Below, in pieces: positions 54,568-64,000 of a stretch of 64,000 nt of DNA. The notes below the pieces were generated by a model that did not search any database, was not told where the DNA came from, and saw nothing but the letters and a program-made list of their open reading frames with translations. The DNA is from an uncultured bacterium (lineage in GTDB: Bacteria > Actinomycetota > Acidimicrobiia > Spongiisociales > UBA5794), in NCBI GenBank assembly GCA_963801165.1, contig CAWDDT010000009.1:448001-512000 (forward strand), in the 5' to 3' direction. The position numbers and the translations under genes are program-made. Numbering within the stretch: the stretch's first letter is position 1; the number at the start of each line of letters is the position of its first letter.

Positions 54568-54992
54568 AAGGCATCGTCGTGGAACAGTGGATCGAGGCGC
54601 CACCGGCGACCGTGTACCGATACCTGACGCAGGCCGAGGAATGGAAACGCTGGCAAGGCGTCGACGCTCACCTGGATGCGAGAGAAGGTGGGATCTTCTC
54701 GATGCTCATGGGCAACGGTATGCGGGCACGCGGCGAGTTCGTGCGATTGGTCGAGAACGAATTGGTGGTCTTCACCTGGGGTTGGGTTGACCGTCCCGGA
54801 ATACCTCCGGGTTCGACGACGGTCGAGATCACACTCACGAGCAAGGGCAACGGCACGCTCCTCACGCTCGCCCACCGCTCCCTCCCCGACGAGGAGGCCG
54901 ACCTCCACAGGATGGGATGGAAACACTATCTACCCCGACTCGCGGTCGTCGCTTCCGGTGGCAATCCCGGAACCGACCCCGGGCCCGGTTGA
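54564..54992 (+). CDS. SRPBCC (AHSA1-like) domain protein
   Basis: IEAPP..VY..LT.....RW, D.R.GG.F, VFTWGW, GST.VE, GW..YL.RL. Confidence 0.9.
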   Translation: MKGIVVEQWIEAPPATVYRYLTQAEEWKRWQGVDAHLDAREGGIFSMLMGNGMRARGEFVRLVENELVVFTWGWVDRPGIPPGSTTVEITLTSKGNGTLLTLAHRSLPDEEADLHRMGWKHYLPRLAVVASGGNPGTDPGPG

Positions 54993-55048
54993 CGACAGGG
55001 TCCGGCACTTCGAGCTGAACGCGGACGATGAGGGCAGCCCTTGTCGCG

Positions 55049-56221
55049 CTACGACCGCTCCAGCAGCCGGAGCAGGGTCTCGCCGGCGACCGCGATCCCC
55101 GTCTCGATGGCGGACTCGTCGACGTCGAAGGAGGCCGAGTGCAGATCGACCGTGCGATCAGGCAGCGCCGCACCGAGGCGGATGAGGGCCCCGGGAATAT
55201 CCTCGAGAAACCAGGCGAAGTCCTCGGCGCCGAGGCTCTGATGGGTTTCGACCACCTTGTTCGATCCCAGCACTGCGCCCGCCGCCGCCTCGATGACGGA
55301 GACGATCTCCGGGTCGTTCATTACGGGCGGGCAACCCTGGTGGTAGGTCGTCTCGACCGACGCACCGAGCGGTGCCGCCATCTCGGCGACCACCGACTCG
55401 ATTCGCTTTGGCATGTCACGCCACAGCTGGGGATCGAACAGCCGGACGGTTCCCTCGATGTCGACGTGGGTGGGGATGACATTGGCCGCCGACCCGCCCG
55501 CGATTTTGCCAAAGACAACGAGGACGGTCTCGCGGGGGTCGATGCTATGCCGGATCACCTGCGGCAGATCCGTGATGATCCTGGCGGCGACATAGAGCAG
55601 GTTGACGGTCTGGTGCGGGCGCGACGTGTGCCCGCCGGGACCGGAGAGACGGATGACCACCCGGTCTCCTGCACCGGTGATCCCACCTGCCCGGACGCCG
55701 ACCTTGCCGGGGCCCAGGGACGGATCTACGTGAAATGCGACGATTGCAGAGAGACCTTCATGTACCCCTTCCGCCCGCAGCGTCTGCGCCCCGCCGGGCA
55801 TGGTCTCCTCCGCCGGCTGGAAGATGAACCGGACACGTCCCGGCAGGTCACCGAGTTGACTCAGTGTCCATGCGGTGCCGAGCGCTACCGCGGTGTGAAC
55901 GTCGTGTCCGCAGGCGTGCATGACGCCGGGGTGGAGCGACACGTAAGGAGGGCTCGCTTCTTCGGTGATGGGGAGGGCATCGATGTCGGCCCGGAAGCCG
56001 ACGGTAGTCTCGCCGCTGCCAACCTCGGCAGTGAGGCCAGTTCCCTCCGGGCGGATCTGGGTGGTGACTCCCATGTCGTGCAACGCCTGTGCCACCTTGC
56101 GGGTGGTGCGATGCTCGGCCCAGCCGACCTCCGGGTTCTGGTGCAGATCGCGCCGCATCTCGATCATGCGCGGTGCGATCTCTGCGGCGAGACGCGTCAA
56201 CTCGGCAATTCGATCGGGCAT
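55049..56221 (-). CDS. M20 family amidohydrolase
   Basis: RRDLH.NPE, RADIDALP, MHACGHD.H, FQPAEE, GGHTSRPH, GAEDF, LHS..F. Confidence 0.95.
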   Translation of the reverse strand: MPDRIAELTRLAAEIAPRMIEMRRDLHQNPEVGWAEHRTTRKVAQALHDMGVTTQIRPEGTGLTAEVGSGETTVGFRADIDALPITEEASPPYVSLHPGVMHACGHDVHTAVALGTAWTLSQLGDLPGRVRFIFQPAEETMPGGAQTLRAEGVHEGLSAIVAFHVDPSLGPGKVGVRAGGITGAGDRVVIRLSGPGGHTSRPHQTVNLLYVAARIITDLPQVIRHSIDPRETVLVVFGKIAGGSAANVIPTHVDIEGTVRLFDPQLWRDMPKRIESVVAEMAAPLGASVETTYHQGCPPVMNDPEIVSVIEAAAGAVLGSNKVVETHQSLGAEDFAWFLEDIPGALIRLGAALPDRTVDLHSASFDVDESAIETGIAVAGETLLRLLERS

Positions 56222-56310
56222 GTCGGGAGTGTAGTGGGTGGCAGGCATCCTGCCGCGGTCGTCGCCTCTGGACTAACTTGGGGCAGCGTTCGCAGGGAGA
56301 TGGAGATCGG

Positions 56311-57441
56311 ATGGACCGACCAGCATTCACGCTCGGCATCGAAGAGGAATACCTGATTGTCGACATCGAGACTCGCGAGCTGGTCCAGGATCTGCCCGAC
56401 GGGTTGCTGGCGTCATGTCAAGAGATCCTCGAAGGGCAGGTCAGCCCCGAGTTCCTCAGGTCTCAAATCGAGATTGGAACCAAGATCTGCACCACCGTGC
56501 ACGAGGCCCGCGACGAGTTGAAGCGGCTGCGCCGGGCGGTCGCCGACGTGTGTCTCGAATACGGTTTGGCGCCGATTGCGTCGTCGACCCATCCTTCGGC
56601 CGATTGGTACGAACAGCGTCATACCGACGCACCGCGCTACAACATCCTGGCCAACGCTCTCGGCGGTGTGATCCGCCGGCTGTTGATCTGCGGGATGCAT
56701 GTCCACGTTGGCATCGAGGACCCCGACGTTCGTATCGACCTGATGAACCAGGTCCTCTACTTCGTGCCGCACATGCTGGCCCTGTCGACGTCGTCGCCGT
56801 TCTGGAACGGCAAGGACACAGGGTTGAAGAGCTACCGGACCTCGGTGTTCCGGGCGGTCCCCCGCACCGGCATGCCCGACGAGTTCGCCACCTGGGCGGA
56901 GTACCAGCGGCACGTAAACGTGCTGGTGAGGGCCGGGGTCATCGAAGATGCCACCAAGCTGTGGTGGGATCTGCGGCCGAGTGCCCGCTATCCCACGCTC
57001 GAGCTGCGTAGCAGCGATATCTGCACAAACTTCGAGGACTCTCTCGCCATCGTTGCGATGTTTGTTTCCCTGCTGTCGATGCTGTGGCGGCGCCGGGTGC
57101 AGAACCAGCGCTGGCGCATCTACAGCAGGATGCTCATCGAGGAGAACGTGTGGCGTGCCCAGCGCTACGGCATCTCGGAGTCGTTGATCGATTTCGGTCG
57201 AGGTGTGCTGGTTCCTTACCCTCGTCTCCTCGAGGAGATATTTGCTCTCGTCGATAAGGACGCCGAAATGCTCGACTGTATCGATGAGCTGCACCACGCC
57301 ACCACCATTGTCGAGCGGGGTACATCCGCCGACACCCAGCTCGACATCTACCGTGCCGCCAAGACCGGCGGCGCCGACGAGACCGAGGCCCTAGAGCAGG
57401 TCGTGGACTGGCTCATCGAAGAAACCGTCAGCGGCACATAG
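56311..57441 (+). CDS. Carboxylate-amine ligase (YbdK / glutamate-cysteine ligase family 2)
   Basis: FTLGIEEEY, EFLRSQIE, CGMHVHVG, LSTSSPFW.G.DTG..SYR, WWDLRP..RYPTLE.R. Confidence 0.95.
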   Translation: MDRPAFTLGIEEEYLIVDIETRELVQDLPDGLLASCQEILEGQVSPEFLRSQIEIGTKICTTVHEARDELKRLRRAVADVCLEYGLAPIASSTHPSADWYEQRHTDAPRYNILANALGGVIRRLLICGMHVHVGIEDPDVRIDLMNQVLYFVPHMLALSTSSPFWNGKDTGLKSYRTSVFRAVPRTGMPDEFATWAEYQRHVNVLVRAGVIEDATKLWWDLRPSARYPTLELRSSDICTNFEDSLAIVAMFVSLLSMLWRRRVQNQRWRIYSRMLIEENVWRAQRYGISESLIDFGRGVLVPYPRLLEEIFALVDKDAEMLDCIDELHHATTIVERGTSADTQLDIYRAAKTGGADETEALEQVVDWLIEETVSGT

Positions 57442-57450
57442 CCGACAATT

Positions 57451-58164
57451 ATGGCAAAGAGACCCCCTTCGCCGGGTTCGACAACCCCGCAGATCGTGAT
57501 CTCGCTCCCGTTCACGGGGAGGTGGTTGGCTCGGAACAGTCCGGCCAGACGGGTGCCAAGCCACGGAGCCGACGTGTTGGGTGAGCGCTATGCCATCGAC
57601 TTCATCGGCGTGAACGACCGGCGTCGGACCGCGGACCGACGCGACTGGCGGACCTTCCTCGCCACGGAACCGCCCGAGCGGTACTTCGCCTTCGGCCAAC
57701 CGATCCTGGCCCCGGTCGATGGCGTGGTCGTCGATGTGCACGACGGCGAGATCGATCACGAGGGGCGGCGGTCCCAGCTGGCCCTCGTCCCCTATGCACT
57801 GGGCCAGGTTGGGCGGCTGCGGCGGGGGGTGGGTTCGGTTGCCGGCAACTACATGGTCATCGAGCTGAGCGACGGTGGCGCCTTTGTTGCTCTCGCACAC
57901 CTGCGGGCAGGCTCCATCCAAGTGACCGCCGGGGAGCGGGTGACGACCGGCCGGCAGGTCGCTGAGTGTGGCAACTCCGGCAACTCCACCCAGCCTCACG
58001 TACACGTGCAAGTGATGGACAGCCGGGACCTCTCCGTCGCACAGGGCCTCCCGCTCGCCTTCCGGCAGTTTCGCGAATGGCCGCGCGGTGCGCACGATTT
58101 CCTGGTCAGGGAGTCCGGCATTCCGAACGAGGGGGCGGTCGTCGAGCCGCTACTCGCGCGTTAG
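57451..58164 (+). CDS. M23 family metallopeptidase
   Basis: PSHG....ERYAIDF, AP.DG.V, AGN, AHL..GS..V..G..V, GNSGNSTQPHVH. Confidence 0.9.
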   Translation: MAKRPPSPGSTTPQIVISLPFTGRWLARNSPARRVPSHGADVLGERYAIDFIGVNDRRRTADRRDWRTFLATEPPERYFAFGQPILAPVDGVVVDVHDGEIDHEGRRSQLALVPYALGQVGRLRRGVGSVAGNYMVIELSDGGAFVALAHLRAGSIQVTAGERVTTGRQVAECGNSGNSTQPHVHVQVMDSRDLSVAQGLPLAFRQFREWPRGAHDFLVRESGIPNEGAVVEPLLAR

Positions 58165-58411
58165 GCGGTACTCGACCCGGAACACGGGGTAGTAGTCGGC
58201 GATCGTCTCGATCTCCTGCTGCGAGGCATCGAGGTCGAGCCCGAAGTAGAAACGTGTAGGCGCGAACCATGGCCTCGTCGGTGGCCTCGCGAGCAAGATC
58301 GGGGTTGCGGATGACGACGGCGAGCGTGCGGTATACCTCGGGCCAGGCCGAGGAGTAGAAGTCCTCGAAATCGATCCAACGGAGCGATTCCATTTCGTTG
58401 GTTCGGCTCAT
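58150..58411 (-). pseudogene. Remnant: ECF sigma factor N-terminus joined out of frame to an unrelated C-terminal fragment
   Basis: FEDFY....PEVYR.L......DLA.EA.DEAMVRAY then a break; other frame RFYFGLDLDASQQEIETIADYYPVFRVE. Confidence 0.65.
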
Positions 58412-58563
58412 CAGCCCGCTTCCAGCCATCTCACGAGACAGACACTCGAGACAGCACAATCCTTCCATAAATTCTGAAATGCCTGTAGTCCGAACCGTGG
58501 TGCCTGCGTCGAAGCTCGGCCTTCTCGATGGGGCCCCGGCTGTCTTCGGGGTACCATCCCTGC

Positions 58564-59040
58564 ATGACATTGCCAGATGCAACGGTGCGGTTCCTGCGCG
58601 CCACCGCCGATCTGGGGGTCGCGATCGAGCCCAGGGAGTTCCCCGAAGGGACCAAGACGGCACGGGATGCCGCCGCGGCGATTGGGTGTGAGGTCGCCCA
58701 GATCGTCAAGTCGCTCGTCTTTGTCGCCGACGGCGAGTCGGTCCTGGCATTTGTACCGGGAGACCTGCGTCTCGACGTGGCGAAACTGGCAAACGTAGCC
58801 GGGGCAGCATCGGTGCGGAGGGCGTCTCTCGATGAGGTGCGTGCGGCGACGGGCTATGCGGCCGGGGGCACACCGCCGTTCGGCCATGGCGCATTGCTGC
58901 CGACCTACGCCGACCTCGGCCTCAGGCGCCACCGCCAGTTGTGGGCGGCGGCCGGAACACCAACTACCGTGTTTGCCATAGCCCTCGACGATTTCGAGCG
59001 GGCCGCGGCACCGACGTGGGCCGACCTGGCAGAGTCATAG
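58564..59040 (+). CDS. YbaK/EbsC aminoacyl-tRNA editing family protein
   Basis: T.TA.DAA.AIGCEV.QIVKSL.F, VR.ATGY..GGTPPFGH, WAAAGTP..VF. Confidence 0.93.
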   Translation: MTLPDATVRFLRATADLGVAIEPREFPEGTKTARDAAAAIGCEVAQIVKSLVFVADGESVLAFVPGDLRLDVAKLANVAGAASVRRASLDEVRAATGYAAGGTPPFGHGALLPTYADLGLRRHRQLWAAAGTPTTVFAIALDDFERAAAPTWADLAES

Positions 59041-59054
59041 GCAAGGGGACACAA

Positions 59055-59609
59055 ATGGCGGACTGGACGGACGCAACGGCGCTGATCGTCATCGACGTGC
59101 AGATGGGCTTCGAGGATGAGGAGCGTTTCGGCAAGCGCGACAACCCAACATGCGAGACCAACATCAGCCTGCTGCTGGATGCTTGGAGGGCACAAGGTTG
59201 GCCGATCGTGTTTGTCCAACACGACTCGAAGGAGGCGGGCTCACCTCTGGCGCCGGGATCACCCGGCCACGATTTCAAGCCGGTGGTGAGCGGCGCGTGC
59301 GATCTCCACGTCAACAAGTCGGTGCACTCGGCCTTCTTTGGTGAGCCCAACTTGAATGGTTGGTTGCGCAGCCACGGGATTGGGACACTCGCGATCTGCG
59401 GCATCCAAACCAACGTGTGCTGTGAGACGACAGCACGAATGGCGAGCGACATCGGCTACGAGACGTTGTTCGTGATCGACGCCACCCACACGTTCGACTT
59501 GCCCATACGAGGCGGCGTCATCAGCGCCGACCAGCTATCGCGAACCACGGCCGCCGTTCTTCATGGCGAGTTCGCCCAGGTTGTGCGCACCGAGGAACTA
59601 GTCGGCTGA
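59055..59609 (+). CDS. Isochorismatase-like cysteine hydrolase
   Basis: ALIVIDVQ.GF, VQH, K..HSAF, GIQTNVCCETTAR. Confidence 0.93.
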   Translation: MADWTDATALIVIDVQMGFEDEERFGKRDNPTCETNISLLLDAWRAQGWPIVFVQHDSKEAGSPLAPGSPGHDFKPVVSGACDLHVNKSVHSAFFGEPNLNGWLRSHGIGTLAICGIQTNVCCETTARMASDIGYETLFVIDATHTFDLPIRGGVISADQLSRTTAAVLHGEFAQVVRTEELVG

Positions 59610-60341
59610 ACCGGACCTGGAGGCCTCGGCCATCGTCTCCCGCTGAACCCGGTGGATCGAGATCACCCGGTCACCCACGATCATCCGGTAGCCGGCCCAG
59701 ATAGCCAGCAGGCCGACGAACTCGGTTGCGTAGAGCACCTCGACGTAGCCGGCCTTGGCGAAGGAACCCCCAAACCCGGGGAGGATCGCCCCGATGGCGA
59801 TCAGCCAGTTGCCGATGACCCGAGACGGCGCGTCGCCGCTGCGCTTGTATCGGACTGCGGACCAGATGGCGCCACCGACGAGAAAGGCGACCGCGTAGAG
59901 GTTGACGAACGGAGTCAACAGCCTGATCCACCACCACACGATGACCTTGCCGGTGAGGCTGTTGGCTTCCCCCTTGGACGGGTCGAGCGGGGTTGCGAGG
60001 ACGAGGGCGGAGGCTGCGGCAACGAAGGAGACCAAAGCTATCGTGAGACGATCGGCGGTCTTCTTCTTCAGCAGCAGATAGACAGTTCCCTGGGCGAGCG
60101 GCGCCCCACCCAGAAGCGCACCCGATATGTACCAGGCCCGGAAGACGATGCCATGCCAGCCGGTCAGAGTCGTGATCGCTTCGGTGAACGTGCCCACACC
60201 GTAGAGAAACACGCCGATCATCCACCAGAACAGGTAGCGGGCCTGCGGATGACGCCGCCAATGTCGGTAGAGAACAATGGAGAACGCGGTGGCAACGACC
60301 GTGGTGAAGATGGGTACGTAGTGAACCGGGTTCTGTGTCAT
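59598..60341 (-). CDS. Hypothetical 7-TM membrane protein
   Basis: About seven hydrophobic helices; WYISGALLGGAPLAQGTVY motif. Confidence 0.8.
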   Translation of the reverse strand: MTQNPVHYVPIFTTVVATAFSIVLYRHWRRHPQARYLFWWMIGVFLYGVGTFTEAITTLTGWHGIVFRAWYISGALLGGAPLAQGTVYLLLKKKTADRLTIALVSFVAAASALVLATPLDPSKGEANSLTGKVIVWWWIRLLTPFVNLYAVAFLVGGAIWSAVRYKRSGDAPSRVIGNWLIAIGAILPGFGGSFAKAGYVEVLYATEFVGLLAIWAGYRMIVGDRVISIHRVQRETMAEASRSGSAD

Positions 60342-60436
60342 GGTCCCTCTCCCTCGCTCGGGACCAGTCAACACCATCGCCGGATCGACAGAAAGTCGGG
60401 GGCCTCCCCGTGGGCGACGCGCAGTAACCTGCTGGA

Positions 60437-62140
60437 ATGTCTTTGCTACGTATCGCCGGAGCCCAGGTCAACGTCGTCGTCGGTGACATCGAGGGCAATG
60501 TCCGCACCATTCTCGAGGCCATTGAGCGCGCCGAAGCGGCCGAGGCCGATGTCCTCCTGCTCCCGGAGCTGGCGATCACCGGATACCCGCCCGAGGATCT
60601 GCTGCTGCGTCGCTCGTTCATCGACGAGAATCTCGAGGCGTTGCGTCAGATCGCCCGGTCCGCGGAGCACACGGCCGTCGTGGTCGGGTTTGTCGATCGA
60701 GTCGACGGCGATCGGCACTGGGACGACTCGGTAGAGCGGGGGATCGCCAACGCCGCGGCTGTGCTTGCCGACGGGGCGATCCGAGGCATCTACCACAAGA
60801 TCCTTCTCCCCAACTATGGGGTCTTCGATGAGGCGCGTTATTTTGCGCCGGGGCGCACGCCCGAGCAGCTGTGGGAGATCGGTGGAGTCGTCGCCGGTGT
60901 GTCGGTGTGCGAGGACATCTGGTCGCCAAACGGCCCGCCTGCCCAGCAAGCCGAGGCAGGGGCCAGGGTATTGCTCAACATCAACGGGTCGCCGTATCAC
61001 GTCGGCAAAGGCACCGAACGGGCAGCGCTCCTCGCCGGTGAGGCGGAGCGGTCCGGGGTGCCCGTCGTCTACTTGAACATGGTTGGTGGCCAGGACGAGC
61101 TCGTCTTCGATGGCGACTCGATGGTCTTCGATGCATCCGGTGGGCTCGTCTACCGCGCCGCCCAATTCGAGGAGGAGCACTTCGTCATCGACCTCGAGGT
61201 CAGCGATCAGGGGCACGACGCCGGCTTGATCACGGTGAGCCCGGGCAGAGGGAAGAGCAACGCCGTCGTGTCGACGCCTGAGATCAGGCCGAGGCTCGAC
61301 GAGAACGGCGAGATCTATACCGCGCTCGTGACCGGTCTCCGCGACTACGTGCAGAAGAACGGGTTCCGCGACGTGGTCATTGCGCTCTCGGGAGGAATCG
61401 ACTCGGCATTGACTGCGGCGATCGCGGTCGATGCTCTCGGACCAGACGCAGTATGGGGCGTCACCATGCCGACCCGCTTCAGCTCTGAGGGGTCGGTGAA
61501 TCACTCGATCGAACTGGCCAAGAACCTAGGGTGCCGGATCGACGAGATCGCCATCGAAGACATCTTCGGTGAGTTCCTCACCGCGCTGGGGCCGGTCTTC
61601 GAGGGAACCGGGTTCGGGGTCGCCGAGGAGAACCTCCAGGCCCGGATTCGTGGTGCGATCATCATGGCCATCTCGAACAAGTACGGGGGCATGGTGGTCG
61701 CCACCGGTAACAAGTCGGAGATGGCCGTCGGCTACGCCACCCTGTATGGGGACATGGCTGGCGGGTATGCGGTCCTCAAGGACGTGTTCAAGACGCGGGT
61801 GTACAAGCTGTCGGAGTGGCGCAACCGGAACGGTGAGGTCATCCCGAGGGCGATCATCGACAAGCCACCGTCCGCCGAATTGCGCCCGGATCAGAAGGAC
61901 ACCGACTCGCTCCCCGAGTACGACATGCTGGATCCGATCCTGCAGCGCTACATCGAGCTCGACGAGGCGCCCCGGACGATCATCGAGGATGGATACGACC
62001 GGGACACGGTGCTCCGGGTGGCCCGGATGGTCGACCGCAACGAGTACAAGCGCCGCCAGGCCGCCCCCGGCGTCCGGATCACGAGGAAGGCCTTCGGCAA
62101 GGACCGCCGTCTCCCCATAACCAACCGTTTCACGGACTGA
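60437..62140 (+). CDS. nadE: Glutamine-dependent NAD+ synthetase
   Basis: Nitrilase domain (PEL..TGYPPEDL, K..LPNYGVFDE.RYF, CED.W) plus SGGIDS, ENLQARIRG, TGNKSE, PSAELRPDQ.D. Confidence 0.98.
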   Translation: MSLLRIAGAQVNVVVGDIEGNVRTILEAIERAEAAEADVLLLPELAITGYPPEDLLLRRSFIDENLEALRQIARSAEHTAVVVGFVDRVDGDRHWDDSVERGIANAAAVLADGAIRGIYHKILLPNYGVFDEARYFAPGRTPEQLWEIGGVVAGVSVCEDIWSPNGPPAQQAEAGARVLLNINGSPYHVGKGTERAALLAGEAERSGVPVVYLNMVGGQDELVFDGDSMVFDASGGLVYRAAQFEEEHFVIDLEVSDQGHDAGLITVSPGRGKSNAVVSTPEIRPRLDENGEIYTALVTGLRDYVQKNGFRDVVIALSGGIDSALTAAIAVDALGPDAVWGVTMPTRFSSEGSVNHSIELAKNLGCRIDEIAIEDIFGEFLTALGPVFEGTGFGVAEENLQARIRGAIIMAISNKYGGMVVATGNKSEMAVGYATLYGDMAGGYAVLKDVFKTRVYKLSEWRNRNGEVIPRAIIDKPPSAELRPDQKDTDSLPEYDMLDPILQRYIELDEAPRTIIEDGYDRDTVLRVARMVDRNEYKRRQAAPGVRITRKAFGKDRRLPITNRFTD

Positions 62141-62151
62141 GCGGGCGGAAG

Positions 62152-63186
62152 ATGAGCACGCCGACACCGGGCCGTTCCGGGGTTATCTGTGCCGGGTCGA
62201 TCATCGTCGACCTGGGTAAGGTGATCGACTCCTACCCGGCTCTCGATCACCTGGCCACAATCGAGGAGGTCTCGATGAGCACAGGTGGCCCCGCGCTGAA
62301 CATGGCGGTCAATCTGCGCCAACTGGGTGCACGCTTCCCGGTGGCGATGCTCGGGGCCGTCGGCGACGACGAGAACGGGTCCTATGTGCGTGCCGAATGC
62401 GCCCGGTTGCACATTGACGGACGCGGCATCGAGACACTCCGTGGTGTTGCCACCGCCTTCACCGACGCCATGGTCGAGCGGGACAGCGGGCGACGGACGT
62501 TCTTCGTTCACAACGGGGCCAACGGTCTCTTCGATGCCCGCACGGTTGACCTCACCGACGCCACCGCACGGATCTTCCATGCAGGTGCGCCCGGTCTCCA
62601 CGCAACGCTCGACGCACCCGGTCCGGGAGGCAACGGCTGGACCGAGATGCTGCGCCGGGCCCAGGCCGCCGGCATGCATACCAACATGGAACTGGTCGAC
62701 CTCGACCCCGCCCGTCAGGTGGAGCTCAGCTCCTCATGTCTCCCGTTTCTCGACAGCATCGTCATCAACGAGCTCGAGGCCGGAGCGCTGACGGGGTTGC
62801 ATGCTCCTGCCCCGGACGCCGACGGCGAGGTCGACTGGGGTGTCCTCGAGACGATGGCGACACGGCTGATCGACCTCGGTGTCTCCACGCTGGCGGTTGT
62901 GCATTTCCCGGCCGGTTGTGTTGCTGCTGCCCCGGGCGGTCGCACCTGGCGGCACGGCTCGGTCCGGGTACCCCCGGAGCAGATACGGAGCACCACCGGT
63001 GCCGGCGATGCGTTTGCTGCCGGTGTCATCTTTGGAATCCACGAAGGACTGCCCATTGCGCGATGCCTCCTGCTGGGATCGGCCTCGGCGAGCACTTGTA
63101 TCCGCAGTACAAATACCTCAGCCGGCATCCAGACCGCAGATGGCTGTCTGGCCGCCGCCGACGCGGTCGGCTACCGCAGCGCTTAG
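62152..63186 (+). CDS. PfkB family carbohydrate kinase
   Basis: GGPALN.A, G.VGDD..G, RTF, NE.EA, TTGAGDAF.AG. Confidence 0.93.
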   Translation: MSTPTPGRSGVICAGSIIVDLGKVIDSYPALDHLATIEEVSMSTGGPALNMAVNLRQLGARFPVAMLGAVGDDENGSYVRAECARLHIDGRGIETLRGVATAFTDAMVERDSGRRTFFVHNGANGLFDARTVDLTDATARIFHAGAPGLHATLDAPGPGGNGWTEMLRRAQAAGMHTNMELVDLDPARQVELSSSCLPFLDSIVINELEAGALTGLHAPAPDADGEVDWGVLETMATRLIDLGVSTLAVVHFPAGCVAAAPGGRTWRHGSVRVPPEQIRSTTGAGDAFAAGVIFGIHEGLPIARCLLLGSASASTCIRSTNTSAGIQTADGCLAAADAVGYRSA

Positions 63187-63197
63187 ATTGGGAGACT

Positions 63198-63584
63198 ATG
63201 GAGACCTTCCCGTTCCGATTTGATTTGGCTTCCCGTCCGCTGTTGCTCGGCCTTGTGGTGCATCCGGGCAACGCGTCTGTGACGCTGACCGACGATGACC
63301 GCTTCGTTGCCCGCTTCGGCCACTGGGTGGTCGACACCCCGCTGGCGAACATCGACTGTGCCACCGTGACCGGCCCGTACCGCTGGTACAAGGCATTAGG
63401 GCTGCGCGGCTCGTGGGTCGACAACGGGATCACCTTTGGTACGTCCTCGGCAGGTGGCCTTTGCGTAACGTTTCACGAGCCGGTTCCCGGCTTGCTCCCC
63501 TGGGTGAAGGCTCACCCGGGTCTCACGGTGACGGTTACGGATCCTGAGGCGTTGGCCGCGGCGATCGAGGCACGACGGGCGTGA
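63198..63584 (+). CDS. Conserved actinobacterial hypothetical protein (PH-like)
   Basis: F.FRF, ARFG.W.V.TP..NI...VTGPY.W....G.R.S..D.G.TFGT...G.C..F..PV, LTVTV.DP. Confidence 0.8.
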   Translation: METFPFRFDLASRPLLLGLVVHPGNASVTLTDDDRFVARFGHWVVDTPLANIDCATVTGPYRWYKALGLRGSWVDNGITFGTSSAGGLCVTFHEPVPGLLPWVKAHPGLTVTVTDPEALAAAIEARRA

Positions 63585-64000
63585 CCGCGCTTTTCGAAGC
63601 GACCGGGAGCCTGGCACGGCGTCACCGCGAGGTGGCGCGACTCCAGGACACGTACGGCCCGCCACGTCTCGGCCGGCGTCCGCGCGTCGCCGATCGCTTC
63701 CGGTGGCTGGCCGAGTCGATCGCATACCAGCAGCTCTCGGGAAAGGCGGCGGCAACGATCTGGTCCCGGGTCGAGACCGTGCTGGAAGGCGTGGTCTCAC
63801 CACAAACGATTCTGGCCGCAGGCGAGGAGAAGCTGCGGTCGGCGGGGTTGTCACGAGCAAAGGCGGCGTCGCTTCTCGACATGTCGCACCGGTCCCTCGA
63901 GGGCGTGCTCGACCTCAGCCGTGTCGGCCGTCTCGACGACGCGGGGGTCATCGAGCATCTGGTGACGGTGCGCGGGATTGGGAGATGGACCGCCGAGATG
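63581..64000 (+). CDS. DNA-3-methyladenine glycosylase II (AlkA/HhH-GPD family), 3'-partial
   Basis: Translated by eye: F.WLAESIAYQQLSGKAAATIW, GLSRAK, L.TVRGIGRWTAEM. Confidence 0.9.
   Translation, partial: MTALFEATGSLARRHREVARLQDTYGPPRLGRRPRVADRFRWLAESIAYQQLSGKAAATIWSRVETVLEGVVSPQTILAAGEEKLRSAGLSRAKAASLLDMSHRSLEGVLDLSRVGRLDDAGVIEHLVTVRGIGRWTAEM

Overview
GC-rich bacterial chromosomal segment. Gene content suggests an actinobacterium, most likely Acidimicrobiia (inference from ClpS-DUF2017, the XRE+HBHA/MLDS-like pair, DUF222/HNH and an actinobacterial LexA box). It contains a 5'-partial LigD polymerase gene; a 9.5 kb de novo purine operon (purSL-Q-C-E-F-D::M-N); a complete glycogen cluster (glgB, C, A, X, P, malQ); aroF-tyrA; nadE; two type II toxin-antitoxin modules; a secreted protein with four lamin-tail domains; a probable lipid-droplet/storage locus; DNA-damage genes (SRAP, 5'-3' exonuclease, AlkA, DUF222-HNH with a perfect SOS box); and a ~1434-aa SARP-STAND receptor ending in a cytoplasmic family-5 solute-binding domain, divergent from DUF4242 and a secreted His-motif protein. 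No rRNA, tRNA, CRISPR array, transposase or integrase was seen. Most notable: (1) the purine operon has eukaryote-type enzymes (class II PurE, ADE8-like PurN, PurD-PurM fusion) in the order of the eukaryotic fusion proteins; (2) the STAND-SBP/DUF4242 sensing module; (3) a REP-like palindrome family bracketing the LTD+vapBC segment and abutting the mazF gene; (4) structured intergenic RNA candidates. Two single-base frameshifts in apparently intact genes suggest some assembly error. All family calls are by motif recognition, not database search.
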